A DNA stretch of 64,000 nucleotides from Octopus sinensis (Eukaryota), in the NCBI RefSeq assembly GCF_006345805.1, contig NC_043000.1, positions 42,098,001 through 42,162,000 on the forward strand, given 5' to 3'. A model generated the notes under the pieces. It ran no database searches, was not told where the DNA came from, and saw nothing but the letters and a program-made list of their open reading frames with translations. This document shows, in pieces, positions 12,340-23,657 of this stretch; the first letter of the stretch is position 1; each line of letters starts with the position of its first letter. Position numbers and translations under genes: made by a program.

Positions 12340-12655
12340 ACAAATGCATATATATAAACAACTTATAAATAAGGGCAAACGAAAAAATTTCTAATGCCAA
12401 ATATGCCAAAAATTGGACATATTGTCCATTACCATATAATTTTCACAATACGCACACTACTCGAAAAAAAGCCGACAGAAATTTCTAAAAAATTCCATTA
12501 TTACCATATCGGACCGATTTCAGGGTTAGTTCGTGAGAACCCTCTCTTCGTCAGTGATAAATGTGGCAAAGAAATAAATGAGATACTTACTCATACCCAT
12601 GGAAGAAGACCCATTGATAAAATTTTTTTCAAAAAAAATTTTATCCTACATTAAA
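12340..12655 (-). mobile_element. Probable Penelope-like element terminal-repeat remnant
   Basis: CpG-retaining AT-rich segment centred on a minimal type I hammerhead motif, an arrangement typical of PLE pseudo-LTRs (inference). Confidence 0.5.
12507..12559 (-). ncRNA. Minimal type I hammerhead ribozyme-like motif (canonical CUGACGA core)
   Basis: UAUCA-CUGACGA-AGAG-AGGGUU(10-nt loop)AACCCU-GAAA-UCG-GUC-CGAUA. Confidence 0.6.
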
Positions 12656-12825
12656 TATATATATATACATGCGAGATGACTACACTGATATTGACTTGAG
12701 ATGTGAAGTGGATGATGAATGCTGACTCAAATAAGGCCGTGTGCTTAGCACACAGTGTTGGGTACCTCTTGCAGGGGGAGGACTAAAGAAGACATGGAAA
12801 AGAAAGGGTAAAGTGAAAATGTGTG

Positions 12826-13060
12826 GAGGTGAGTGTGCCTTAGTGGTTAGGGTGTTGGACTCATGATCATAAGACTGTGGTTTCGATTCCTGAACCAGGC
12901 AATGCATTGTGTTCTTGAGCCAAAACACTTCATCTCACATTGCTCCAGTTCACTCAGCTGGCAAAAGGGAGTAATCCTGCAATGGACTGGCGTCCCATCC
13001 AGATGGGGAGTTTATACACCATGGAAACCAGGAAATCAGCCCTTATGAGATGGTATGACC
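12826..13060 (+). mobile_element. tRNA-derived SINE, family D (related copies at 10578-10800 on +, and near 30750-30850 and 49590-49710 on -)
   Basis: Head TTAGTGGTTAGGGTGTTGGACTCATGATC...GGTTTCGATTCC followed by TTGTGTTCTTGAGC-AAAACACTT. Confidence 0.75.
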
Positions 13061-13676
13061 TGAGAAAGTAACTTTACCTTTCTTTTTTTTAAAGTGGAAA
13101 CGTGTGTTGCTGGACTTCACAGAAAAGAGATGATGGAAGACTAAGATGAGTGGCATTATAAAGTGCAGAAGAACCAGTCAGGCTATGCTGGCATTGAAAA
13201 AATAGCAAGACAATGATGATGATGGTGGTGGTGGTGGTGGTGGGGACAGTGGGAATGATGACAGTAATGGTGAAAATAATGGTGGTTATAATGATGGTCA
13301 TGGCAATGATGATGTTTAAGGAGATTGGCAATAGTGGTGATGACGAGGGTTAATAGATGATGACTGCAATGATGGTGATGATGATGATGGTGATGATGAT
13401 GATGACGATGATGGTGATGACGACGATGATCATGATGACTATGATGACAGCTGTGGTGATGGTGACAGTGGTAGTAATGATGGTGATGGGAAGATAATGG
13501 TAATCATGATAATGATGATGATGATGATGATGATGACAACAAGGACAATGATATGTTGGTGGTGGTGGTGGTGGTAACGGCAGTGGTGGTGGCAATGGGA
13601 TGGTGGTTGATGATTATTAAATGGAAAAACAACAAAACAATAATTAAACTGAAAAGAAAAAGGCATGTTGCTTGAC

Positions 13677-13875
13677 CTTGATAATCTGCAGAAGTGTATC
13701 TAGCCATGACTTCTTGGAAACCAGCTCAAAGACTTCTCTTTCCTTCAGGCGTTCATCTTCATCGATATAACCCACAGGTTTTAATGTATGTTTCTTAGTG
13801 TCATTCCATACACAGAATTCTGAATATGTCATTAAATACTCTGGTTTGATTGATGCCACACAGGCTCCTTGAGAT
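13677..13875 (-). CDS. CFAP47: CFAP47 exon (199 nt, phase 2-0): SQGACVASIKPEYLM...VSKKSWLDTLLQIIK
   Basis: Part of ORF 13644..13961; acceptor tattgtctttcag and donor AAG|gtcaag. Confidence 0.9.
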
Positions 13876-14164
13876 CTGAAAAGACAATAATCAGAAAAGT
13901 GATATAATAATAATAATATAATAATAATAATAATGATAATAAAAAAATTTTCAGATTCCATTTCTGTTTTCCTTCTTTTTTGTTGTTCTTAAACAATGAT
14001 TGAAAGAAATTTATTTAGCAACCATGTGATTCCAGATATATTTTATTCCATTGCACTATAACATTTTGGAATATTTTCACCATAGCCTTGAGTCTAGTAA
14101 CTTTTGAGTGGAATTTACGTACAGAAACTATGCAGAATCTCATTGCATATATATATATATATTC

Positions 14165-14332
14165 AGAATCTTGAAATTCATATATGCCTCCTTGGTAATT
14201 CTTCTGTAGCAATCCATAATAATTATATTAATTATCATCATCATCATCATCAATTATGTATAAAATATACATAATTATTATGGATTGCTACAGAAGAATT
14301 ATCAAGGAAGCATATATGAATTTCAAGGTTCT
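14165..14332. repeat. 62-bp inverted repeat (3 mismatches, 44-nt loop); the right arm starts a diverged direct duplication with period ~317 bp, extending to ~14843
   Basis: 14165-14226 is the reverse complement of 14271-14332; 14272-14525 resembles 14592-14843. Confidence 0.88.
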
Positions 14333-14901
14333 CATACAAAAGTGTACTTACCAAAATCAAAAGCAGTAATTTTTAATTTATATTTCAAACAAACACCATT
14401 TTCGCATCTTACTTCATAACTTTTTAAAAAACTACCATTCGTAAAATTATACAAATTTCACATTTGATATTACTGAAGGGAAGAAGAATTATCTATAAAT
14501 GCTTATCAATATAGGATTCCATTATTCTATATTATCCAAGTCTATGAACTATATTTGGAATACAAGACAATATAATGAATTTTACACACAAATATTATGG
14601 ATTATTACAGAAGACTAACCAAGGAAGTATATATTTAAAGACTCTCATACTATAGTGTACATACCAAAATCAAAAGCAGTAAATTTTAATTTTTAATTTA
14701 TATTTCAAACAAACACCATTTTATAGTATTACTTCAAATTTTAAAAAAAGTACCATTCGATATATTATACAAAATCTAAGTTTTATATCTCTTAAGAGCA
14801 GAAGAGTTGTCTATAAATGCTTATCAATGTAGGATTCCATTATAGGGACAGCACTTCTGTGAAATGATTGTAAGATGCTTTAAAAACTTATATATACACA
14901 C

Positions 14902-14932
<31 letters not shown>

Positions 14933-14948
14933 GATATTTATATATACA

Positions 14949-14981
<33 letters not shown>

Positions 14982-16117
14982 CTCGTATTGTAATTTAATT
15001 CTCGTTATGTATTTTCTTGTACATGTATCTTTAATTTTGTATTATTTTTTTCTTATATGTATTTTTTTGTGCAGTTCTTTTTACGTCCCTTTTTGTGTTA
15101 CATTTTTTCTTGCTCGTTTTACCCCTCTACGTGGTTATTTTATTTTAATTCTCTCGTAGGAAGGCCTAGCATGACCATACGTGTTCTGTCTCTGCCTTCG
15201 AAACACGTGTCTGCTAGCGACAGCTGATGGAGGGGATTTTTCCTTGTGCAGCATGTCCTGTACTTCGTTTTTCTGCTGCACATAATTGTTTTTCCCGTTT
15301 TCGTTTTCGTTTCGTCTTGTTCCACGTCTCTGTCCTTCTGTTGTAACAAAATGGCTTTTCCGTTTTCGTTCTGTTGATTTTTACGTCTTCTTCTGATGTC
15401 CTGTACGTATATATATATTTATATATGCATGTATATATACATGTAGATGTTGGTACGTACATATATGTTTGTATGTTTGCATATATTTTATTTATTACAC
15501 TATATATATATATATATATATATACTAGCAGCTAAACCTGGTTTTACCTGATCGGTTTGGATGATGTGGCTATAAAACCTGCTCTGTGTAAGCATTCAAC
15601 TTGTTTGGGTACGTTTACATTAAAAAAAAATTTTAGAATGGCTTTTTGTGTCAAAACACTAAAAATAACTGACCAACAAAATAAAAAGACCAACCAAATT
15701 TCAACCAAATCAAAAAATAAACCCAAATATTAAGCAAACAAAAATAAACCATTCCACTTCCATTGCGAGGACACACACACATACCTCCCTATTACATACA
15801 CACACATATATTCACAGAGAGCTGAAACGCTGTTTGATTTAATTTTTTCAGAGTACAATTTTCATCAGCCCCCTACCAAGTATGACATCACCCTTTCCTT
15901 CCTTATTCATTTATCACCCCTTCTTTTCTCATTCATAAATACAAGAGTATTATTATAGTAGATTATCTCAGTAGCCATGGGAGCTATGCATAAATTACAA
16001 AGCTCAGCATCATCACCGGATCATTCTACACACCTGTGTAATTTTTCATGCAATTCTACCCAGCCGTTTGACTGTGAATCCCAAGACAAGAAAGAATTGC
16101 CCATGTCAAATTGTATG

Positions 16118-16181
<64 letters not shown>

Positions 16182-16194
16182 ATATATATATATA

Positions 16195-16990
16195 TAAGGT
16201 TAATCCAAACAAGAAAACAGAAAAGACAACACAAAGAGGTGGAACAATTAAAGTATTATTATTAGGCACTCAGGAAAAAAGGGAAGAAGGAGGGTATGAC
16301 GTTTCGAGCGGAGCTCTTCATCGGAAACATAAGAGAAAGAAAGATCCCGAGGTGGGAGGACAGAGGGAAAAAAAACGCGACTGGTCTTCACGAGGTAAAC
16401 ATACTGAAAGGCAGGAAGTCGTAGACGAGAGGGGACAGGTTTTCAAGACAGGAGAGCGGAAAAAGAAGGTAGGTAAAAACACAATGAGTGGGAAGAAGAG
16501 GGTGTGTATGTGAGTATGTACGTGTGTGTGTGTGTATGTGTGTGTAAGGCGACAGCTAGTGGCGAGCAGCAGTCGTAACGGTGTGCGAGATAAAAAATGT
16601 GTGTGTCTGTGTTTATATGTGTGTACGTATGTGTATGTGTGCGTGCGCGTGGAGGTATATGTTGGGTGTGTGTATGTGCCGGTGTGCATGTGAATTTGTG
16701 TGTGTTTGTACGTGTGTAAGTGTATTGTATATATATATATGCAAATGTGTGTGTGTGAGTGTGTGGGAGTGAGTGTATGTATGTGTGTGCGTGTGTGTAC
16801 AAAAAGTAGGGGTATTATATGTGTGTGTATATATATGCATGCAAGGAAACAAACTGCAACTGACGGAAAGATGGAAAAATGCTCCCGCGGTGACAGGCGT
16901 AAGAGAAACCCAAGAACACGCTGGCCCCAGATACGAACCCGAGATCTAGTCAGAACCCACGGGCGTGGTGCATGCATGTATGTATGCGTG
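16195..16990 (-). mobile_element. Young Penelope-like terminal-repeat region interleaved with (CA)n
   Basis: 16195-16380 is homologous, in inverted orientation, to 60780-60970. Both carry a hammerhead-like motif and both are CpG-rich. Confidence 0.6.
16294..16328 (-). ncRNA. Minimal hammerhead-like motif, CCGAUGA (U4C) core
   Basis: GUUU-CCGAUGA-A-GAGC(UCC)GCUC-GAAAC-GUC-AUAC. Confidence 0.5.
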
Positions 16991-17765
16991 CGCGAGCGCG
17001 CACATGCATGTATGTGCGGGCGCATGCGAGTGTGTGTGTAAGTATGTGTGTGTGTGTGGATGTGTGAGTGTGTATGTGTGTGTGTATGTGTGTGAGTGTG
17101 TGTGTATGTATGTGTGGAAGTGTGTGTATGTGCATGTGTGTGCGCATGCATGCGAGTGTGTGAGTAAGTGTGTGTGTGTGTATGTATGTGTGAGTGTGTA
17201 TGTGTGTATGTCTGTGTGTATATGTGTCCGTATGAGTGTATGTAAGTATGGGTGTGTGTATGCGTGTATGTGTATGGGTGTATGTATGTATGTATGTGTG
17301 TGTGTATGTGTGTATGTGTGGAAGTGTGTGTGTGTATGCATGTATGTATGTGTGTGTGTATGTATGTATGTGTACGTGAGTGTGTGTGTGTATGCATGTA
17401 TGCGTACATGCGTGTAGGTGTGTGCGTGTGCATGCATGCATGCATGTGCGTATGTATGTGTGTGTGTGTGTGCATGTGTGTAAGTATATATGTATGTGCG
17501 TATATGTGTGTGTATGTGCGTATATGTGTGTGTGTATGTATGTGTGTGTGTGTGAGTGTGTGTATGTGTGTGTGTGTATGTGTGTGTGTGTGTATGTATG
17601 TATGGGTGTGTGTCTGTGTATGTTTGTGTGTGTGTGTGTATGTATGTATGTATGCATGTATGTATGGGTGAGGGTATGTGTGTATGTAAGTGTGTGTGTA
17701 CGTATATATATATATATATTTGAGTGTGTGTATGTGTGTGTGTATGAATGTATGCATGCATGTGT
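16500..17765. repeat. Long compound (TG)n/(TATG)n microsatellite
   Basis: Directly visible; it is the source of the H/T/I and C/V/M pseudo-ORFs. Confidence 0.95.
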
Positions 17766-18067
17766 GTAGGTGTAGCTGTGTGGTAAGAAGCTTTCTTCCC
17801 AACCATATGGTTCTGGGCTCAGTCCCACTGTGTGGTACCTTGGGCAAGTGTCTTCTACTATAGCCTTGAGCTGACCAATTAAAAGAAGTCCAATGTATAG
17901 ATATGGAATTTCCTTGATAACATACAACTACAACAGACAACAACCACAACAGCAGCACAGCCGAAGTGACAGCAAAGCCAAAGAAGCAACAGCAACAGAA
18001 TTAAAATTTAAATGCAGTATGGCTCTGATGGTTTATGGACTGAGAATTCTGTGTAATATGTGCTTAC

Positions 18068-18268
18068 TTTAAAAAGACAAGAAGAAGGTAATGTTGGTTG
18101 TAAATCTGTTTGACACGTTCTGCTGAGTTCGATGATAGAGTTGGGATTAGTATCACTCCAGGTAAAATTTTCCCAGTGAGATATTTTAGCATGTGGTAAA
18201 TGGTCTTTGATTCTTTCTTAACAGAATGTGCTTTTGGTGATTTCCTCTCTTCCAAGGTACCTATAGCA
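18068..18268 (-). CDS. CFAP47: CFAP47 exon (201 nt, phase 2-2): AIGTLEERK...KTIYHMLKYLTGKILPG...QHYLLLVFL
   Basis: Contains most of ORF 18064..18255; acceptor gtttttctcacag and donor TTAAA|gtaagc. Confidence 0.9.
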
Positions 18269-18325
18269 CTGTGAGAAAAACAATAATAAGAACAACAAAA
18301 TAATAATAATGATGATGATAATAAT

Positions 18326-18379
<54 letters not shown>

Positions 18380-18380
<1 letters not shown>

Positions 18381-18470
18381 TCATGCCTCCTCATTGATAT
18401 GATTGTCCCAAGCGATATAAACGTATCTGTCAAGACCTACCAAAAACTGAGCAAATATAAAGATCTGGAG
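18380..18470 (+). mobile_element. R4/Dong-like LINE restriction-like endonuclease fragment next to (TAA)n
   Basis: SCLLIDMIVPSDINVSVKTYQKLSKYKDLE, directly after a (TAA)n tract; Dong elements are known to target TAA repeats. Confidence 0.65.
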
Positions 18471-18589
18471 TTCAGGTCCAAACCAGACCCTGGGCAGTTT
18501 AACTGGTTTGTTGGTCCAGCATCCCATGATGTTACATGATGGCAAAGACCTTCCACTCCAGGTGCCAAGCTGCATGTCCACTAATTTTT

Positions 18590-19185
18590 TTTACATTGAT
18601 CTTAGCCCCTGTCATCAACTCATACTTCTTTACAAAGTTACTGATTGTCTCTACTTCAGTGGCATCTGACTCTATGGCGATGACATCATTCATATACACC
18701 ACACAGTACCCCTAGTCTACTTTGAAAGGGATGCTTCTCAACTGTTCTAGCTTCCACAGTAGTGGCTAAAGAGCCAATTTATACAGGAGAGATGAGAACA
18801 GGAGCCTTGTCAGACTGAGGCAAAATGGTTCTGAGAGGTGGTCATTAACTTTGACTATTGAGTAGGTGCTGTTGTGAATTGTAGTAATCCTACCCCTGAA
18901 AATGTGTCCAAACATGGTTGATTTCTGAATGGATTCTAAGTAACAATGACTGACCTTCTCAAAAAACTTTGACAGATCCAAACTGAATAGGGCTCCACTA
19001 ATGCCGGCACTGTTCCCTCCCCTCACTTTGATGTATCACATAAGGTGGAGGTTGTTGTGGATGGATCTGCTTGGATCACCCATGTTAACACTTCTCTGAC
19101 TACATCACCAATGACAAGTATCAACTTATTTGCCAAAATCTTGGTCCAAATCATAAACTGTAATTAGTAGTCATGGGTTGAAAAT
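18590..19185 (-). mobile_element. L1/Tx1-clade LINE reverse transcriptase fragment, decayed
   Basis: GALFSLDLSKFFEKVSHCYL...FG..FRG.I....S.VKVN.HLSEPF...SSLLY.LAL, a degenerate RT domain. Confidence 0.75.
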
Positions 19186-20131
19186 TGTAGACGGAGTCCT
19201 TTTTCAGCAGAGTTACCACTCCCTGGCTCACTCTGTTAGGAATTTTCCTGTCCTGGTGCAAGTTACAGTAGACATTAGCCAAGTGGTCGCCAAACAAATC
19301 CAACATGAACTTGCAGAATTTTTAGGGCAGACCATCCATACTGGGAGATTTATGCTTCAATTGTCATCATCATCATCATCATTATCATCAGCATGCATTA
19401 TCTGCTCTCAGTGGGTTAAATACCATAGCTTGTCACTTTGCTTTTTCTTGTGTTGTCTTGAATGTATTCACTGTATTTTCAGTCTGTTCAATTCTTGACT
19501 ATTATCCATCCACTAAATTCTTGCTTTCTTTCTGCCTCTTTTCTCATTAATTTTGACTTCTATTAACAGTCTCTTTAAAGCCATATGTTCCAGCAATGAT
19601 CAGTACATCTTCTCCAACTACCAGACAAAATGAATGACTTATAATCCAATATATCTTTATCTGTTATTCCGTAAAGATTTGAGCGAGGTCATTGCCAGTG
19701 CTGCTGGACTGGCTCCTGTGCAGATGGCACGTAAAAAACACCATTTGAGCGTGGCTGTTGCCAGTACTGCCAGACTGGTCCTCGTGCTGGTGGCACATAA
19801 AAGCATCCACTACACTCTCGGAGTGGTTGGCATTAGGAAGGGCATCCAGCTGTAGAAACTCTGCCAGGTCAGATTGGGGCCCGGTGCAGCCATCTGGTTC
19901 GCCAGTCCTCAGTTAAATCATCCATCCTCATGCTAGCATGGAAAGCGGACGTTAAACAATGATGATTATGATGATGATAAATAAAGTATGGTTTTGAGAA
20001 AATTTAGCTGCTATGTTTAGCAGGTTGAACAATTTCGTTGAGTGTACCTTGTCTTTCATTGTTTTCTTTAATTGCTTTACAAACAACAGCTTAAACGAAG
20101 TATCTGTTGAACTGACTTTGTTTTAACTTAC

Positions 20132-20366
20132 CTTCGGAAAGAGTGAGGGACTGTGATTGAAACTGTTCCTCCAGGCCAGCCATTTGCTGAAAACCATCTC
20201 TGTACAGCATACAGAACTGAATAATGGAAAGGACCGATTTGTTTATCATGTTCAGGAAAAATGTTACTTCCAATTTTGCCAAGTTCTTGCAACTTGCTCA
20301 ATACAGTTTCCTCTGATGGTGTAGATGTCCATTCACCATCGTAAATTCCATTGCTATATTTTTGGA
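20132..20366 (-). CDS. CFAP47: CFAP47 exon (235 nt, phase 1-2): QKYSNGIY...YAVQRWFSANGWPGGTVSITVPHSFR
   Basis: Part of ORF 20128..20427; poly-T acceptor ...cattcctcag and donor CGAAG|gtaagt. Confidence 0.92.
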
Positions 20367-20499
20367 CTGAGGAATGAGTAACAATAAAAAAAAAAAAGAA
20401 AGGAAACAGATAAATACATTCAATCAATGGAAAATCTAATTAACTTTTAATAAGCTACTAGGTCTTTATCTGTCACAATGCTGCCAGTAAAAATATCTA

Positions 20500-21066
20500 T
20501 TGGGTTGTCCGGAAAGTTTGTGCTGATTTTTGAAGGAAAGAAAAAGGTCAATAGATACTTGCCATTACATCCTTTAATCAACCAAATATGAACCATTTTG
20601 TTGCACAATGCATCTTCATTTTTCCTTTAACTTGAAAATACCCTCTTCCCAGAAATGAAGTGCTTACATGGCAAAGAATTCATCAAGGTATCTTTTTATG
20701 TCATCCAAGGAATTGAAATTTTTACCATTAAGACTATTCTGCAGAGACCTGAATAAGTGGAAATTTGAAGGAGCAATATCTGGTGAATGTGGAGGATGGG
20801 ATAACACATCCCAGCCAAACTGCAGCAATTTTTGTCTGGTTCCCAAAGCATTAAGTGCCGAAAATGAACTTTTTAATCTTCCATTTTAAAGTGTTACAAA
20901 ATTAAAACAGGTTGTAGGAACATAAACCTTCTTCCACGAAAAGATAGCTTAAACTGTGCTCTAAATGGAGGTGTAGTCAAATCCTATTTTATGGACTCAA
21001 CCATGTTCTAAAATAAGTCGAAAGGTAAGCTACTATAAATCGGCATGGACTTTCCAGACAACCCAA
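20500..21066 (-). mobile_element. Mariner deletion derivative (MITE-like) with intact TIRs and TA target duplications
   Basis: TA|TTGGGTTGTCCGGAAAGT ... ACTTTCCAGACAACCCAA|TA; ORF 20664..20846 WDVLSHPPHSPDIAPSNFHLFRSLQNSL. Confidence 0.9.
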
Positions 21067-21849
21067 TATTAATCATGCAAATACCTTCTTTTAACCCTTT
21101 AGCATTTAAACTAGCCATATCTGGCCCAGATATTCCACCTGTTTTATGTTCAAATTAGTCATATCAGGTTGCTGATGATTATGTTCATGTTTAACAAATT
21201 GAAACTTTTTCTTATTGAGAAAGCAAAGAAGTCTATACAATTTAAACAATTCAATTACTTAATTATGATCATTGCACAACATAAAAAATATATGACATTA
21301 TCCCAGTTGATTTATAAATAATCTTCAACATAATATTTGAAGCACTTAGTAAGAGACCGTCGTAAGCACCACAACTTAAAACAGAAAAATGCAGTCAAAG
21401 TTTCGTGACTTTCAGAATGTGATATCTAAACATCGAGACAAAGAAAATGATATATGAACTGTGAAAATAGCTGGGGTGGCACTTATGACACTCTGTTACT
21501 AAACGCCTCATTTATAGGTATGATAAAAAAAATATTCCAATTTATGTTGTATTTTCTACAATAAATATCTGCAGTATTCGATAATTTCAGTATTAAAGAA
21601 TTAGCTTACTACAAGAGAGGTCAGATATATTCTGGGTGATATACAGCAATGAGTTTTGTATGTCACATCTCATATCATTAGGTTGTACAATGAAAGATGG
21701 CAAGCAGGCAGAATTATTAGCACGTTGGACAAAATGCTTAGTGGCATTTTATCTGGCTGTTTACGTTTTGAGCTCAAATTACACCGAAATCAAATTTGCT
21801 TTTCATCTTTTGAAGTCTATAAGTTAAGAACCAACCAATTACTGAGGTC

Positions 21850-23655
21850 AAAGTTATCGACTTGCATCTACGCCTCAAAACTGGTAGCCTTGTATCAAAA
21901 TTAAGGAGAATTTTGTCGTACAATGATAAGAGCAATTTACTGAAAGGTTTAAAAGGTATGAATTTTAAAAGTTTCAGAAAAAATACCAACAACAAACTCA
22001 TGATTTATACATTCAAAGACTCATATCCACATAATTTCATTTTTAAAATGCGTTAAAAAAGTATCGAGTTAACAAATTCAACTGGGACCAAAGTTCAGTT
22101 ATGGCATTATTGACACTTAGTATTTTGGTTTTTACAACCGTTGCGGACACTCACCAATTTCTATGAATATCCATGGCTATTGGTATTAAAAAAGTACCAA
22201 GAAAAAAAAAAATCCGACAGCGAAAAAGGGGGGTAACAACGTAAGGGACATAATTATGTACATATTGTCTGAGTTAGTTCCCCTGAACATTTTAAATCGA
22301 GCATGTGAACTGCAATTGATAAAATCATAATCATGCCGGACCATGTTAATTACAATGTTTAGCTTAATTGCTTCACGTTCTGTGTTCAAATTACGATATC
22401 AGGGAGCATAGCGTCGATAAGATGAGTACAAACTATGTAATGAACTATATTCCTACGCAAAAATATAAGGCCATTTATTCATGTTAGAAAATTGGAGGCG
22501 AACTGGCAACCGTTAGCACGCTGGACGAAATGTTTAGGGGCATTTCGCTACGTTTCGTTACAGTGTTGCCTATCTAATTGACTAGTCCACCCTCCTTAAA
22601 TGTCTTGCCATGTGTATTAGGTAGAGAATAATGAGGGATGAAGGTGGCAGGCTGGCAGAATAATTATCATGTCGGGCAAAATGCTTAGCATCATTTCGTC
22701 CGTCTTTACGTTTCGAGTTCAATTTCTGCCAAGGTCGACTTTACCTTTCATCCTTTCGGAGTCAATAAAATAAGTACAGGTGGAGCACTGGGGTCGAAAT
22801 AATCGACTTACAGCCTCCAAAATTTGAAACCAATATTATGAGGGATTAGAAGAAGAAGGGTAGAGCGGACAAAATGCTCGGAGCTATGTTATTACTTGCT
22901 TCTTCGTGTTCTGAGTTTAAATCCAGCACAATTCGACGAAAGAATACATGCACAAAAAGGCCATTTATATATAAAGAGAGGGCTATTTGTGGAAATAATG
23001 GAGTATCTATTAACGTATAGACGTAACGACTGAGGTAAAATAAATAAATAAATAAACATACATACATACATACATATCAGGTCAACTAAGTACAAGGATA
23101 CTCGTATATAATACTCATACGTCATCTGAATACACACACACACAAACATAGACGCATACGCGGTGATTGTATTTTGAGAGAAAATCTCTAATGAGAAAAC
23201 TCACTGAAAATGAAACTTAGATTGGTATCTATCAACAAAGCAAATATAAGAGAGAGAAAGATAATAGAAGGTACGGCAGTCATCCAGTTTTATAGATTTA
23301 TCTATTAATCAAAGAAATCGAACATTTTTTTTTTTACAAGATTAAAGAAAAGGACGGAAAAAAAATTGTTAAGGGAGGTAACTCTATAAATGAAATCTCT
23401 AGAGTTACGCCACTTTCTAGATAATGTGGATGAGATCGGAAATGAAAATAAACTGCAGTTTTTCTTTAGGAAAATCGGAAAGGTTGATAGATAGGGCGGA
23501 ATATAAAGGTTTGCGAGTATTTAGTTACGTCCCTTCTATGTTCTGAGCACAGTTTTACTTTTCATCTAATATGGGTTTACATTAAATTTAGCTATCTTTC
23601 AATGAACGTGTATCTGTGGAAGGTTTATCTTTAGTACTGTAAGACTATTACGTGA
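21850..23655. promoter_or_regulatory. Intronic CpG-retaining island, candidate unmethylated promoter or enhancer
   Basis: About 53 CpG in 22021-23640 versus about 5 in 29941-31560 (hand counts); GGGCGG followed by TATAAA near 23494-23507. Confidence 0.45.
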
Positions 23656-23657
23656 AA

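Noticed and set aside
15150-15250. Permuted hammerhead words (CCTTC-GAAAC-ACGT-GTC ... CTGATGGAGGGG); related words at 56600-56660
   Set aside because: Stem I does not close against the core and A9 is missing. The segments are probably another PLE-like repeat, but no valid ribozyme fold could be drawn.
16318-17958. 546-aa ORF and overlapping 286-325-aa ORFs
   Set aside because: They translate (CA)n/(TG)n microsatellite, which lacks stop codons; the His/Thr/Ile repeats are not a protein.
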